NCBI RefSeq assembly: GCF_002105155.1
Contig: NW_019028981.1
Span: 248,001 to 312,000, forward strand
Direction of reading: 5' to 3'
DNA: 64,000 bases
DNA from: Lobosporangium transversale
Lineage: Eukaryota
Part shown: in pieces, positions 27,752 to 41,432 of the stretch
Layout: every line of letters starts with the position of its first letter
How positions within the stretch are numbered: position 1 is the stretch's first letter
Notes under the pieces: model-generated
Database searches by the model: none
Told to the model about the DNA's origin: nothing
What the model saw: the letters and a program-made list of their open reading frames with translations, nothing else
Program-made: the position numbers and the translations under genes

Positions 27752-27932
27752 AAAATGAGATGTTACTATTCAAGCTGAGTTTGCAATAATTAGGAGTAAT
27801 AAACAAAATCGTTACAAGACGGTTCTTTTTTCTTTTTCTTCTCTTTTTTTATGGTGTACAAGTGCTCTTTTTAGTTTAATTTTATCTTTTCATTATGTAA
27901 AACAATGCGAATAATACAGATAGGAATTGGAT

Positions 27933-28406
27933 CTACTCCAGATCATCATCAGTAAAGCCTTCCATTTGATCGTGGTCGTCTCCAGAGTAATCACCTTCAT
28001 CATCATCCGAGAATTGAGGAGCCATGTCGCCCATATCAGAGTAATTATCTGAATCATCATGATACCGTTCCTCCTCATTGCCGTCATCGTCGTCGCTATA
28101 ATCCTCGCTTCCACGTCTCCTCTTGGTTGTCGATGCAATATCGTCATCTTTATCGTCATCATCCCTGTCTTCAGATTTGCGCGGAGCTCCGCCGGTAGCA
28201 ATACGATGTGCCTCCTTTGCTGCTTCCTTTTCCGCCTTCTTCTTGGCCACATTCTCTTCTTGGGCCTTGCGGCGGGCAGCTTTCTCCTGCATCTTCTTTT
28301 CGCGTGCAACCTTCTGAGCCTTGAGCTCTTCAGAAGATCTTTTGACTGCAAGGGGGGGGGTTTTAAAAAAAAAGATATAGTTTGTTAGTAAAGTTTTGAA
28401 GGAAAC

Positions 28407-28457
<51 letters not shown>

Positions 28458-29533
28458 TACTGTAATCATGGTAAAGAACTTCGCCATCGCATAACCCTGC
28501 TTGGATCTTGACAAGTCTCAGCTCCATCCTGGGACCCAATTCTACCAATTTGATCGCACGCTGATCCTGTTTCCTATTATTGCGCCCAACGTAATCTTGG
28601 CCCAATGTAACAGTAGATTCGGGACCGTCTTCTACATCGGATTCTGAAGCGAAAGCGCCACGAAGTACATAGTCTGAGATATCATCGAATCCTTGAAGAT
28701 CGGGAACGTCAGTCGTGATGACTCGTTTAATTGATTTAGAGATGCCGACGGGTTTGACAGAGATATTGTAGTGTCGAAAGTCAATATGTTTAGTCTCACT
28801 GTTGTAGTTGAGGAGGACGACACGACGAGCGTCAGTCAATTGCATGGACTGGATATTGATGGGAGGGAACATATTTTGAAAGACTGTACTCATGAGCTTC
28901 ATCTCCTTTGAATCTCCAAAGTTGTTGAGGACGAGTAGAGGGGCTACATGAAACTCTAAACCGGGCGATTTGGGGGACTTTTGCATTGCAGCAATATCTT
29001 TGGCTAAAGAATAAGTCTTGACTTGAAATGAGAGTGTAGGTCCACGGGGTAAACGTGCGATCCTGAGGTTGGTACCGTGATCTGTCCTGGATAAGATTAC
29101 AAAATGTGTTACACCTAAGGGACCAGCCACAGCCACAAAATCACGAAGACGATTATTTTTACGCTCCTAATAGATCAATAAAAAAAAAAAATCAGATCAA
29201 TCTTTTGAAAAGTATCTACAATCTATTGACAAACGCAATATATATATATTTTTTTGTTGCATACTCGAAGTTTGGTGGCCGTGTTAGGTTCCATGAGTCG
29301 TCTGATATCGCTCACAAGTCCCATGACCGAGTGACCAACTTCTCCTGATCGCATTACAAACGTCTTTGGGATTTTGGGCCCATTGGGGTTCTCTCCCTCT
29401 TCGGCCTTCTTGTGTGTCCTAGTTTTTTTACGCTAATGGTAAATAATGATACAAGGTAAGATAAGAGTCGCGGCCTAACGGACAAGAGAGTTTTAAAAAC
29501 AAACAGACAATGAGTGCTTACACCCTTTCCCAT
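27933..29533 (-). CDS. SSF1: Brix-domain ribosome biogenesis protein Ssf1/Peter Pan
   Basis: MEPNTATKLR, AGPLGVTHF, RLPRGPTLSFQV, AIKLVELGPRMELRLVKIQAGLCDGEVLYH; acidic C-terminal tail. Confidence 0.93.
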
Positions 29534-31465
29534 GTTGAATGAGTATTATATTGTTTCAGTGAGGTGAATGAAATAAAATGGATAATATACAATGGAGCTG
29601 TCAAAGTCGAGTAAACTCATGAAAAAAAAAAAAAAAAAAAAAGCCTTGTTGATAGATGTGGCTTGTATTTGATTTACCATATTTGTGTTGTGCAATTAAA
29701 GATCATCTGATTATGAATGTGCAATTACAAAAAAGAGTTTCTAAAAAAAAAGGAGCTTCACTGAGCCGCTGTCAACTGGGCCTCTCAATGTGGATCGTGC
29801 TCAATCCTTTGGTTAAGAACGCGTCCAAAGAGATTGGGAATAAAATAAATAAAATATATGTATAAAATCAAGAAAAAAAAAAAAAGCTCTTTAAAAAGCA
29901 TATCCTGAAAGAGGCAATGATCATCAGTTGATTGGCTTGGATCTTTTTTGTCTTTAAGTTGAGGGTTTTTTATACCTTTTTTCCTTTTTCTTTTGTTCCG
30001 ACGTCGTCATGGACAACCTTCAGAGGGTTTTGCCGGTTACATTGATAGTACTTTATCGCAACAAGGTTAGTGCTAGGTGCCCCCTACTGAAAGCATGTAA
30101 CGGAATAGCTTTTTTTATTTCTCCTCTTACTTGAAGTCAATATAGTTTTCAAAAGGTTTGTTTTTTCTGTTCCTGAATGATTACCTCGTATGGTAGCCTG
30201 TTCCTGTTGAGTTCTAAGTGAATACTGTAACAGATTAGGAGTAATATTTATATTGTAGCTATTGAACATGGATATATAGGAGCTTAAAGATGAAAGGCAC
30301 TTTTTTTCTTTTTTTTAATCTGCGTGCGAAGAATCCAATTTCCAAATAATATCATGAAGAAAATAAAAGAAGCTTTTACTTTTTTAGAATTATTCTTTCC
30401 TCCTTTGTCTGCTGTTTATATTTATTCATTCTCTCTGTCTATACCTTAAATACTTTGATTTCATATTAAAAAGAAGGTACATCGGCAAGTCGATCTGTCT
30501 ATGACGCAGTTGTGCAGAGCAACGGCTTACAAAATTGCCCGACTTCGTCCCAAGGGAGAAGGAATACTATATCTGTACTCAATCTTGAATGCATGGTAAC
30601 GTTATTTAACACCTTATACTTTTTTTTTTTTTTTTTTTTTTTTTTTGATGTGGCAGCAGCTGTGGTTGTTGTTGTCATTATTACTATTCATGCAGCGTGC
30701 TCACCATGTTAGCCATGTGGATTTATGTTTAGACATGCTTGGTATTTTGTCCGCATGGAGTAGATGTCCTAAAACAAGCATGTATAACGCGTTGATTGTT
30801 GTTCAATATCATCTCGATGCGGGCATTCAATTAAAAAATAAAATAAAATAAAATAAAATAGATCCTCCACATGCAATTGATGGGTCGACAGGAAGACAAA
30901 GGGAGGAAGAGGGGATTTTACGCCTTGGTGTCTTTCTCTCCTGCCCTTACTTGTGGATATATGCGAGTGCGAGTGATTTGTATTTTGGTTATTCATTCAA
31001 TCTTTTCGTTGGTCCCTGACCACATTTAAACATTGCATCGAAAAATGTATGCTATAAAAAAATATGAGGTGGCCAAAGAGCACAAAAAAGGTTTCAATTG
31101 CCCTGGAGATTATTTTTTTTTGCTTCTTCTTCTTCCTACTGCTTTCTATCTCTCAATCTCTCTTTCTTCCTTTCTCTCTTATTTTATTTTACTTTATTTT
31201 ATCTTCCCTCTCTTCTACTCTCTTTCTTTCTCCTCCTTTTCAACGTTTCATCACGAGCAGCAAAGGACTGTTCCGCTGTCTCTCATCTCGTCTCTGATTC
31301 TCTCTTTTTTTTTTTTTTTTTACGTAGTGCTCCATTGAAAAATTTACATTCAGATCTTCTTGCGAAACGAAACGAAACCCTTTTATCCTTTTGTATTTTA
31401 TAAATTACTACTTTACTACTTTACTACTTTACTACTTCGCCACACTTGATCAGATTCCACTCCTG

Positions 31466-31995
31466 ATGGACAAGTACCAGGTACAATGAACACTTCAAAC
31501 AACAATGAACCCTATGATAACAGATACCAGGTTGCAGATTGCAGCAACTAGCTGTTACTAACATGCTTGTCTTTCTTTTTTTTTATTAATATGTTGCCAC
31601 CAGAAAATTGAAAAACTCGGGGAAGGTAAACATAATTGAATTTGAGTTCTGGAGAAAGAAGAGTACAAGACACATTCCATTCCACCTCCAGGAATATTAA
31701 AAAAGAAAGATGGGATGAGTCGTACACAAAAACTATTAAGCACCATCCTTTTACTTTTTTTTTTTTTCTTCCTTCACACTCCAAAATCCCTTTACTTTAA
31801 TTCACGCGTCGAGCTTCCTTTCTTTTCATTGTTCTCATTCGACCCATCACTCTTTTCTTTTTTCTTTTCCTTTGTACCGTTATAACGTTTTGGACAATCG
31901 GTCACACTTCAGTTGTGCAGTGAAGCACTGAAATGGCACAGCCTCCCTTCCAAAAAAGAAATTACCACTTAATACCTAATTCAGCACCGGCAGGA

Positions 31996-32036
<41 letters not shown>

Positions 32037-33057
32037 GACAAAACGACTCAGTGTATCAGAACATCCCATGGAGCAGATACGGACGGCAGACGTATATTGT
32101 ATTCTTTTTTTTTTTTTTTGTTCCTCCTTATTTCAATGTAATAGTTCTGCCCTGACATCAAAAGCAAACAATGGGTCTGGAATGAAAAATATATATATAT
32201 CCATCCTATAGGAACATATGGCATTGTCTACAAAGCTCAGAATCGCGAAACTAACGATGTGGTTGCCCTCAAGCGCATTCGATTGGATAACGAAGAAGAA
32301 GGTGTAAGATACTTTTTTTTTCTATCCATTGATTACAGGGTTCAAAAGAAAAGGCGTGCCCGATAACCTGTTGTTTGAGATGCCGTATAGAGAGATGTGG
32401 AATAATATTAATGCATGTTATTTTATTTTATTTTATTTTCCCTCCTCATTCTATTCTATCTAGGTGCCATGTACAGCGATCCGGGAGATCTCGTTGCTGA
32501 AGGAACTTAAACATCACAACATTGTCAGGTAATGATTTGATTATTTATTATCTATCTTGCGTAAAATACCCGACTCCATCTATCAGGCAACAATCGACTG
32601 GTGCATTGTTATTTCCTTTGGCGCGCGCACACGCGCACGCGCATCACGCCTTTTCCCATCCATCTGCGGTCGCGTCCTTTGTGAATCAATACAACCTCTT
32701 ACATGTACCTTTTTCTTCATCTTCTCTTATTACCTAAATGTAAATTGCAACGCTAACTAATCATCCTATTCTATTCTATCTCCTTTGCATGGAAATAGAT
32801 TGTATGATGTGCTGCATACTGAGAAAAAGCTGACACTTGTGTTTGAATATCTGGATTCTGACTTGAAAAAGTTCTTGGATACCTACAGTGGAGATATCGA
32901 TGTTCTAACAATAAAGGTTAGTCTTACATTTTGCTTTTACACCCATCATCTACCATGGTCCACAATATTCCTGGTTCTTTCCTTTTTCTTTTCTCTTTGT
33001 TTGTTTATTTGTTTGTGTAGGGTTTTTGTATGCGCATGAAAAACCAGAGCGAAGAAG

Positions 33058-33092
<35 letters not shown>

Positions 33093-34699
33093 CTAACCAA
33101 TAAACCCATTGGCCCGGTCTATTTTGCTGTGTGAACGAATCGTTTTAGCAATTGATGTACCAACTGATGAAAGGTGTTGCATACTGCCACGAACATCGCG
33201 TCTTACATCGAGTACGTAACTTTGTTCGTTCAATTCAGTTTATATTGTCTTATTATACGGACCAAGCATTGCATGGCTCTACGAAGGCTCAAAAAAAAAA
33301 AAAAAAAAAAAAAAAAATCGAATGATACAAGATAACTAATTGGCAGGGTGTATATATCCCTCATGTCTTAACGCTTTTGGCTTCTTAGGACTTGAAACCA
33401 CAAAATCTACTTATTAATAAGAAAGGCGATTTGAAACTGGGAGATTTTGGATTGGCACGAGCGTTTGGCATTCCCGTCAGGAGTTATTCACATGAGGTTA
33501 GGATCAACAAGATGATGAGAAAGGAAAGAAAAAACCATCATTTTAAATGAAGTTAAAGCTGGCATTAATGTGAGAGGTTTACTGTGTTTGTTGATAGGTG
33601 GTAACGCTGTGGTATAGAGCGCCCGATGTCTTGATGGGATCGAAGCAATATTCAACATCAATTGACATTTGGTCCGCAGGATGCATCTTTGCAGGTATGG
33701 AACCGCTCATTGGCTCTTTGGTTTTATATGTTATATTTGTATTGCATTGCTCTTTTTCTATTTAAAATAGCCCACGATAAATGCTGCAGTCGATCTACAT
33801 TGCTCCTTCCCCCCTTTTTTTATTATTATTATTTTGCGTGAGAGCTTTGGACACGTTTTCTTCATATTGTTTATCTTGACATATTTTGGATTCTAATATC
33901 CGTTTAACTCTTTAAATTAATTACAGAAATGGCATCAGGGCGACCGCTATTCCCAGGAAGCTCCGTCAGAGATCAACTATTGAAAATTTTTAAGATCTTG
34001 GGAACACCAACAGAGGAAACATGGTCTGGAGTATCACGGTTACCGGACTGGCGACCTGATTTCCCTGTTTATAACCCGATTCCATTGGCAAACTTGGTTC
34101 CGAAACTAGATACCACAGGCATTGATTTACTTTCTGTAAGTGTGTATGCGTGTTTTTTTTGTTTTTTTTTTTTTTTTTTTTTTTTAGCGGAAATTGGACT
34201 TGTTTCATTTGAACTCTTTGCGCACGTTCCTGAATCTGCGTACGTTCGTGGACACAACAGCACCGATTTTCCATGCTGGTTTTTGTATTCATATCTTTTT
34301 TGCATCAATTTAATTTGCTTGGTCCAACAATGAAAAGGCTCTGTTCAGTCTCGTTCCTGCAGTTTTTTATTCGTTCGATTTCTTTAAAAAAAAAATGCTC
34401 AAGGAGGCTCTTTCATTGAATCTAGCCTAAATTCACGTTATGCATGTATGTTTTCTTGCATTCTCTCTTAGCGTTTAATTACTTATAATCCAGACAACAG
34501 GATATCAGCAGCAGCAGCGCTTCTTCGTAAGTTATGGCTTTTTTTTTTTTAACAAACATAAATGGTAATCTAATTGGCTACTTGTTCATAAAAACTAACG
34601 TGGTTGGCTGTATGCTTTTCTCACTTTCTTTCTCTCTGCTCTGCTATAGATCCTTACTTTGATGAGATCCGGAAACGGGAAGGCGCAGGCAGCGTCTAA
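31466..34699 (+). CDS. CDK5/Pho85-like cyclin-dependent kinase with many short exons
   Basis: Spliced translation [21 protein letters not shown]...[20 protein letters not shown]...[14 protein letters not shown]...[35 protein letters not shown] at 34697-34699. Confidence 0.92.
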
Positions 34700-35947
34700 T
34701 AGATTGTCAATAGTTTTTTCTCAGTTTTTCACTCTTTCTCTCTCTTTCTGTAGCTGCCGCCATGTAATCCTAATGATCCTTTAGTCTCGAAAAGTAATCA
34801 ATAAAATAATTTTTTTTTTAAAAAAAAAAAAAAAAAAAAAAAGAATGCATATCGATGCAACTACACATCCTTCCCTTTAATTTGCAAGCATAAGAGAGGA
34901 CACCCTATTCCTCGGGTAATGCCAGGAATATATCCACGTTACGGTATTCGGCATGACCTTTCACTTTTAAGGCATGAGTTTTCATGAACAACGAAGTTCT
35001 TGGCAGGGCAACGTGCCATTTGTAGCAATCATCCTTTTGTTAGCACATAGCATACTTGTCAAGGTCAGCTAGAACAGCACGGTTCAATGGCCTTGCCTTG
35101 CCATTTGTGATGTTGCTAGCGGAGTTGAGCGCAGCAATTCAGTCTCAAACAAACATGCTGCTAACCTTGCTCTCTACAGCTAAGTCAACGCTGCTTGTTT
35201 AGCTTAGAGCCATTTCAGTACAGTTGATGTGTGATTTAAAAAAAAAAAAAAAGGTGATAAAGGGCTGCGGTTTAATGAATTGACTGATCTCTGATTTGAC
35301 CTGGCAAGTTTGCCTGGATAACGCACTTTACAAAAAAAGGGCATTGATTACTCAACATTAAGATAAGGGACGCGACGCGTTCCTCGGCACGAGCCTTTTT
35401 ATTGGTATTCTTTCCATTGGGAGGAACTTGTTAGAATTGCTAGAGTTCACTGCATTGTTTAAAACAATAAAACTCGACTGATATTCGGCCAACTCTCAAA
35501 ATGTGTATCTACTGTTGACTGGCGTAACTTCAAACGGCTTAGCTCAGGGAATAAGCTCTGCATCTCCTAGTACAAGAGACGAGAATATCTATTCTGCCTC
35601 AGTAGCTGTCATAATTCTATTGAAGTGTCTTAAGGCGTTTTTTGCATCACATATTGTCCTGCTTTTTACATATTCCCAGCACTCTCTCGATCCAAGGGCT
35701 GTGACATAACCATCAAAGGATACATATTTGTCAAAGCACCGATACATCCCTTGAGGAAGTGCAGGAATATGTTGAAAGTATTGTTCAAGGAGCACAGGGG
35801 TAGGCAATAGCGTGTGGGTAACGTTTAGATGTTTTTACGGTTACATATTGAGCTCGGACAGTCGCCTATGTATTCCCTCAACAATTGCGTCCCTTCTTTT
35901 CTCCCTCTCTTTTCTCTTTTTCTCATCTTTTTCTATTTTATCAATTT

Positions 35948-35978
<31 letters not shown>

Positions 35979-35980
<2 letters not shown>

Positions 35981-38607
35981 GCTTTTCTTTTGGATGGCAG
36001 TGATCCTGCCGCCGACACTCGTATTTGCCTATGTGGCCCTGTCGGGTTTGTTCCTACTGCTACGTTCCAGTCTCCAGAGCTCTCAATCGCGTCTGGGATC
36101 GTTCCTAGTGGTATTGATTATCATCTCCTGTTATTTACTCGCATTCCATGAGATGTCGCGTCCTATCTGGCGAGATCTTGTCGGGCCATTCGTCACTCAA
36201 ATCCTGAGACAACTCTCCTCACTTGCTATGATGGGCCCCTCCTCTTCAAAGTCCATGGTTGTATTCTCAACTGAAGGCAGCGTAGGAGAGGATATAGACA
36301 CCAATGCTCCAACCCCTGCTCATCCTCTCGAGGTCTCGAACAATTGGTTAGGTGAAGGAACACAGGCACTTTTGCCGATTATTGAGCGCGAAGCACATGT
36401 TTCTCACTTAGTCGCTTTGTCCTTGGGGTTGTTCATGTCGTCGCATGTTACTGCCATGACCAATTCACTCAAGAAGCGAAAGATTCCAGAGTACATGTGA
36501 GTCTTGGAAGGAAAATTTTAATTCATGCAATTGTAACAAAAAAAAATTTTGTCATGAACTTACTGACATGTGTCATATTTTAGGTACTCGTTTGCAGACA
36601 TGTCCTTTCGTATTGTGCTCAGCCTCGAATTCTATTTGGGAACCGTCCTCTGGTTCCGGTTCTGTCTCGCACCTGTACTTGCGTATTTAGGCTTGACAGA
36701 GACTCGAGCTGCCAATGTTGAATGGATGGGAACACTGGTCCTTGGGTTCTCTCATACGACCGCGTTTGCCTTTGGCAATTTCTTATACCAAGATTACTAT
36801 CGACGTGGATTCGACAAGAAACCAGAGTATGCGTTCATCAAATATTATTCTATCTATGGGTCCATCTTTGTCATTGGAAGAATGACCAGTCAGGTCCTGT
36901 GCTCTATGAAGAGTAAGCCCCTTTACCTCTCTCTCTCACTTCTTCTTCTCTCTCTTCTGTTTTATATGTATTTATATTGGGAAATTGACTTTTTTTTTTC
37001 ACCTCTTGGTTTGGCAAATTGTGTTTAGCTTGCAGTCGCGATGGTGAGGCTCTTCTTATGCTTGCCATCTATTTCCTGGCATTCCTCCATGTCACAATCG
37101 AAAATGAGACCTTTCATGTAAGACAGACCTCCGCTACGACACAACCGGTTTGCACGAGCTAGAACTGAATGTCATTGATTCTGTTATTTATTTCCCCCTC
37201 CTTTTTTTTTAATTGAAAATAGAATATTGTTTGGCCGTTGATAACTATTGGTAGCTTTGCAGTCTTTTTCCTGGATATGTACATCCTACCGTTGGCGTAC
37301 CAGACAATTAATGCATTGATGACACCTGTCGAAGCAACTCCACCTTTGATTACTATTCTGCTGACAAGCGCCGTTGCCATAACTATGGTTCGTTACCTAC
37401 AAACCCGTCCTGCGCAGCCCGAGGACGCTCCAGTCTTTGAACAGATCCATGATCAGAAACGACGTGCTGCTCAGTTCCCTCCTCCATTCCCCAATGGTTG
37501 GTACAAGCTTGCACGATCAGGAGATGTCAAACCGGGACAGGTGATCAGTGTCAATGGGCTCGGACGTGCGTTCGCAGTGTTTAGGGGTCAAGTAGATGAG
37601 GAAGTCCATGTCCTGGATGCGCTTTGTCCCCATCTGGGGGCGAATATTGCCATTGGAGGTGTGGTGGAGGGAGATGCCGTCAAGTGTCCCTTCCATGGTT
37701 GGAAATTCGATGGCAAAAGTGGGCAGTGTATTGATATCCCCTACGCAAAATCAGTCCCGAACTTGGCCAGGACCAAACGATGGACTCATAGAGAGTTTGC
37801 GGGGGTGATTGCCGTCTGGTATGATGCTGAGGAACGAGAACCGATGTATGAGCCTGTGCCGTTCCCTTTGAAGGAAGGAACATTCCGTAGGGTTGGCTAC
37901 CGTCGTGGAACACTTCCGATGCATATTCAAGACTTTGCAGAGAATGCCTCTGACTGGTAAAAAAAAAAAAAAAAAAAAAGAGCTTGGACGAATAATGGTA
38001 TATCCTTGCACATTGTCTTTCTCCAATCGTTTTGGTTAAACATGTTTCTCTCTCTCTTTATCACACTAGGATGCATTTCAGTTTGCTTCATGACCGCCTA
38101 TCAATTCCAATCCTGGACCGCTTCTTTTATATCAAACACAGAACTGAATGTAACTACAATCCCGAGACCAACCCTTATAATTTTGTCTTCAATGATTACC
38201 CTACAATTCATTCTATCTTCAGTGATGCACCAATCCAAGCGGCAGAGGCTCAAGCTCAGGTCGAGTTCACAGGACCTGGAGGGCTTGTTTATTTCCGCTT
38301 CTTCACTCCTAGAGGGGAGGTGGCTGTTGTGAAATCATTCTTGCCTGTGGGAGAGAAGGGTTTACAGTTGACGATGGAGGATGAAGCCTATGCAGAGAAA
38401 ACAGTGCCATGGTTTGTAGCCAAGCACGTGGTCCGTGAGGCCAATAAGGCCTTTGATGATGACATTTTTGTGTGGCGCCACAAGACCTATATGCACAAGC
38501 CCCTCTTTGTGAAAGAGGATACGTCTATGAAGCAGTTTCGGGATTACTACAAGAAATTTTACTCGCCTAACAGTCGAACTTACGCCCACGACCGACTAGA
38601 TTGGTGA
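35979..38607 (+). CDS. Rieske non-heme iron oxygenase, Neverland/DAF-36 (sterol C7-desaturase)-like, with a long multi-TM N-terminus
   Basis: PPPFPNGWY, Rieske CPHLGAN...CPFHGWKF, mononuclear-Fe motif ENASDW|MHFSLLH across an intron, C-terminal DDIFVWRHKTY...KPLFVKED...YYKKFYS. Upstream hydrophobic exons splice in frame through GT-AG introns. Confidence 0.85.
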
Positions 38608-39239
38608 GGAAAAAAAAAAAGAAGAAGGGTGCCTAGTGTTTAGCAACAGCAAATACTATATATGATACCAGTCTTTTTTTATTTCTCGTAGCAAGAATTC
38701 ATGCTTGCTTTTTGACTTAAATACACAAATTTTTTTTTTTTTTTTTTGCAACTACGATTCCATCGTGCTGAGAAGACAACCATGCATTCATTGATTGATT
38801 TGAAACTGACCTAAACACCGCATCGTCCTATGTAATGAGGTCCTTGTAAAAGCATTGGCCAGGTCGTAAATTATAGGGTTGGTTGATCCACCAATAATAC
38901 AACGCGTGTTTGGTTTATTTTTTCAGGCACAAGATACCGCAAGGTCAATGCTATCAACTTTTTCGCATTGATCTTTTGTTTGCTACAAATGGCCTAACAA
39001 TCCAGATCTGTTGTGGGAATCCATGATGATCTTCCTCTTATTGTTTTTTTTCTTTCTTTTTTTTTTTCCTTTCCTCCATTGCTACTATTATACATGTGGT
39101 ACAAAGCCTCTTCTCTTATCATCCATCACAGCTCCATGTTGAGCGAGTCCAGGCAATTTGTTTACCCGTTCCATCTTTTTGATTATCTCCGTCGATATAT
39201 TCTTTACTGCTCTACCCTTGTCACCATCCCTATTTCATC

Positions 39240-40201
39240 TCATCCTCTTCTTGCTCTTGTTTCCTCTTCTTCTTCTTCTTCTTCTTCTTCTTCATCATCA
39301 TCATCAACCAAATCGTGCCCTAGTTTGAGTGCCTCCCTCATATTATAATGCTCTGCACGCAACTTGGTAAACTTGCCATGTTCTATAAAGCCAAATAAAA
39401 AAAAAAAAAAAAAAGAGAGAGAGAGAGGATTTAATGGGATAAATATTCTTCCTGATCCGACTTTGACATTGATACAACCATTTTGACTATTACCGGCTTT
39501 GCTTCCTTCTTCTTCCGAATCCTGCCATTCATCAGGATCTCGTCCATCCCTGTCCTCGTCCTCATCACCATCATCGTCATCATCGTCATCATCGTCATCA
39601 TCTAGTCCAGGGAGATATGAAGGCACAGGGGGCGTGTGAGCCAATGCAGCTTGATGTTTCTTTTGTCCATCAAGCGAAAATGCCTCTAATAACAGCGTAT
39701 AAAAGAAAGGGAGGAAAAAAAAAAAAAAAAAAAAAAAAAAAGCGTTAGTAAAAAAACACTTGTAATTTGAAAATGTGTCTTGAGACTGCTTCATATATAT
39801 TCATATATGTCTCTTCACCATCAGTGTCTAGGTCCTTGTCAAGCTCTTGATTATAGTATACATAAGGCGTCTTGGGTTCATCAATCTTCATGGTTGAATC
39901 CTTTTGCGCCTCAGTGAGAGCAAGACTTTCTTCATCCCACTTTAACCTTAGCGATATAATAAAAGCAACGTATGAATATTTCAGAGAAACCCCAAGAGAG
40001 GAAGCCGATGCATTACTCATTTCGTTCATTCAATTCAATAGCCATTTTAACTCTTGAACTTTTCTTTCTTTACCTCGGAGCGTTTTCGTCAATCGGTTGC
40101 TGTTGAGCATTTGTGTTCTTTTTGAGGATGCCTTTAACTTGATGCTGGTCTTCTAAAGAGCCCAAGGTATTTGTCTGTTTCTGTGTCTGTATTGATTCCA
40201 T
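39240..40201 (-). CDS. GLC8: Protein phosphatase 1 inhibitor-2 (Glc8/PPP1R2 family)
   Basis: KGILKK (SILK-type motif), [16 protein letters not shown] and [13 protein letters not shown]. Confidence 0.9.
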
Positions 40202-40789
40202 GTCTTTTTCTTTTTTTGTCTGAGAAGAATGTGTAGAAATGAATTCGAACTTTGCTGATGAACAAAAAAAGAGAGTTTATTGTCCCTTTTCCGTTACATA
40301 AATGTTTACATGTCCATGTCCAACAACATTCGCACGTCTGAGCCCTTACACGTGCGAGAAAGAAAATCATGCTCTTCTTCAAAGGATTTTTATTTTATTT
40401 ATTTTTTAGGAACTACAGTCTTGAGGATTAATGTTGGCTATTTTGAGTATCTCTGGTGTATCAAGTGTCTCAAGGTCCTAAGTGTCTTGGATGCCTTGGG
40501 GTATCTTTGGTGCCTTGAGTGCCTTGTGTCCTGGGTACTTTGGGTGTTTTGGGCGGGTATATTGGGTACCATGGGTATATAGGGCCTTCTGGACGCCTTG
40601 GGTATCTTGTGTCTAGGGTGTCTTGGGTACCTTGGCGCCTTGAGCATCTTGAGTATCTTGAGCACCCTGGGGACCTTGGGTATCTGGGTTTTTTTTTTAT
40701 TATTAATATTGTTGTTGTTGCAAGGTATTGTTGTTGTAGTTACATATTATAATGTACATATTATAATATTACACATTATATTACTATTA

Positions 40790-40820
<31 letters not shown>

Positions 40821-41125
40821 TTTTTTCTTATTTTTTATGTTTTTTTATGCTTTTTTTAGTTTTTATATTTTTTTTTTGCTTTTTGTTTTTATATATTTTT
40901 TTTTTTGCTTTTTGTTCTTTTTATGCATTTTTTTTTTGCTTTTTTAGTTTTTTTTTATATTTTTTTTTTTGTTTTTGTTTTTTATGATGTTTTTGGTCTT
41001 TTTTTTTTTATGATTTTTTTTTGGTTTTTATGTGTTTTATGGATTTTTTTTTTGTTTTTCGCGTTTTTTGATTTTTTTGGGTTTTTTTTTTCGCGTTTTT
41101 CTGATTTTTTGGGCTTTTTTGGTTT

Positions 41126-41432
41126 TTATGTGCTCGGCATCGACCGTCGCCTTTTGTCAGGCTTGGGGAAGGCCGGGCCTAGGCTCGGCCAGAAGAGGGG
41201 CCAAGAACCTGGATGCCTGTCGAGGGACGTGGTAGCTCTTACTGGGATGGTAGTGACTGAAGGAGAAAGAGAAAAAAAAGAAAAGAAAAACAGTTAGTAT
41301 CATAGACATTAAGATGGAGTGTGAGAGCTGTGGTCTTTATCTTTTTTTTTTTTTTTTCAAGTAAGAGTGGATGTTTTTTTTTTTTTTTTTTTTTTTCTTT
41401 TTCTTTTGGAAGTGGTGCTCCTTACCTTTCAT
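41126..41432 (-). other. Putative spliced mini-gene (45 aa) in the left arm
   Basis: Mirror copy of 47014-47319. Confidence 0.4.

Noticed and set aside
35503..35807. Short ORFs between the CDK and Rieske genes
   Set aside because: No recognisable domain or splice structure; cannot be supported as a gene.
40395..40408. 8-9-bp target-site duplication (Merlin/MULE type)
   Set aside because: The flanks (ATTTTTTA vs TAAAAAAA) are inverted, not direct, repeats; only TA is duplicated.
40438..41297. Hydrophobic, Phe-rich ORFs resembling membrane proteins (mirrors at 47148-48215)
   Set aside because: They arise from T-rich low-complexity sequence and subterminal repeats of the inverted arms.
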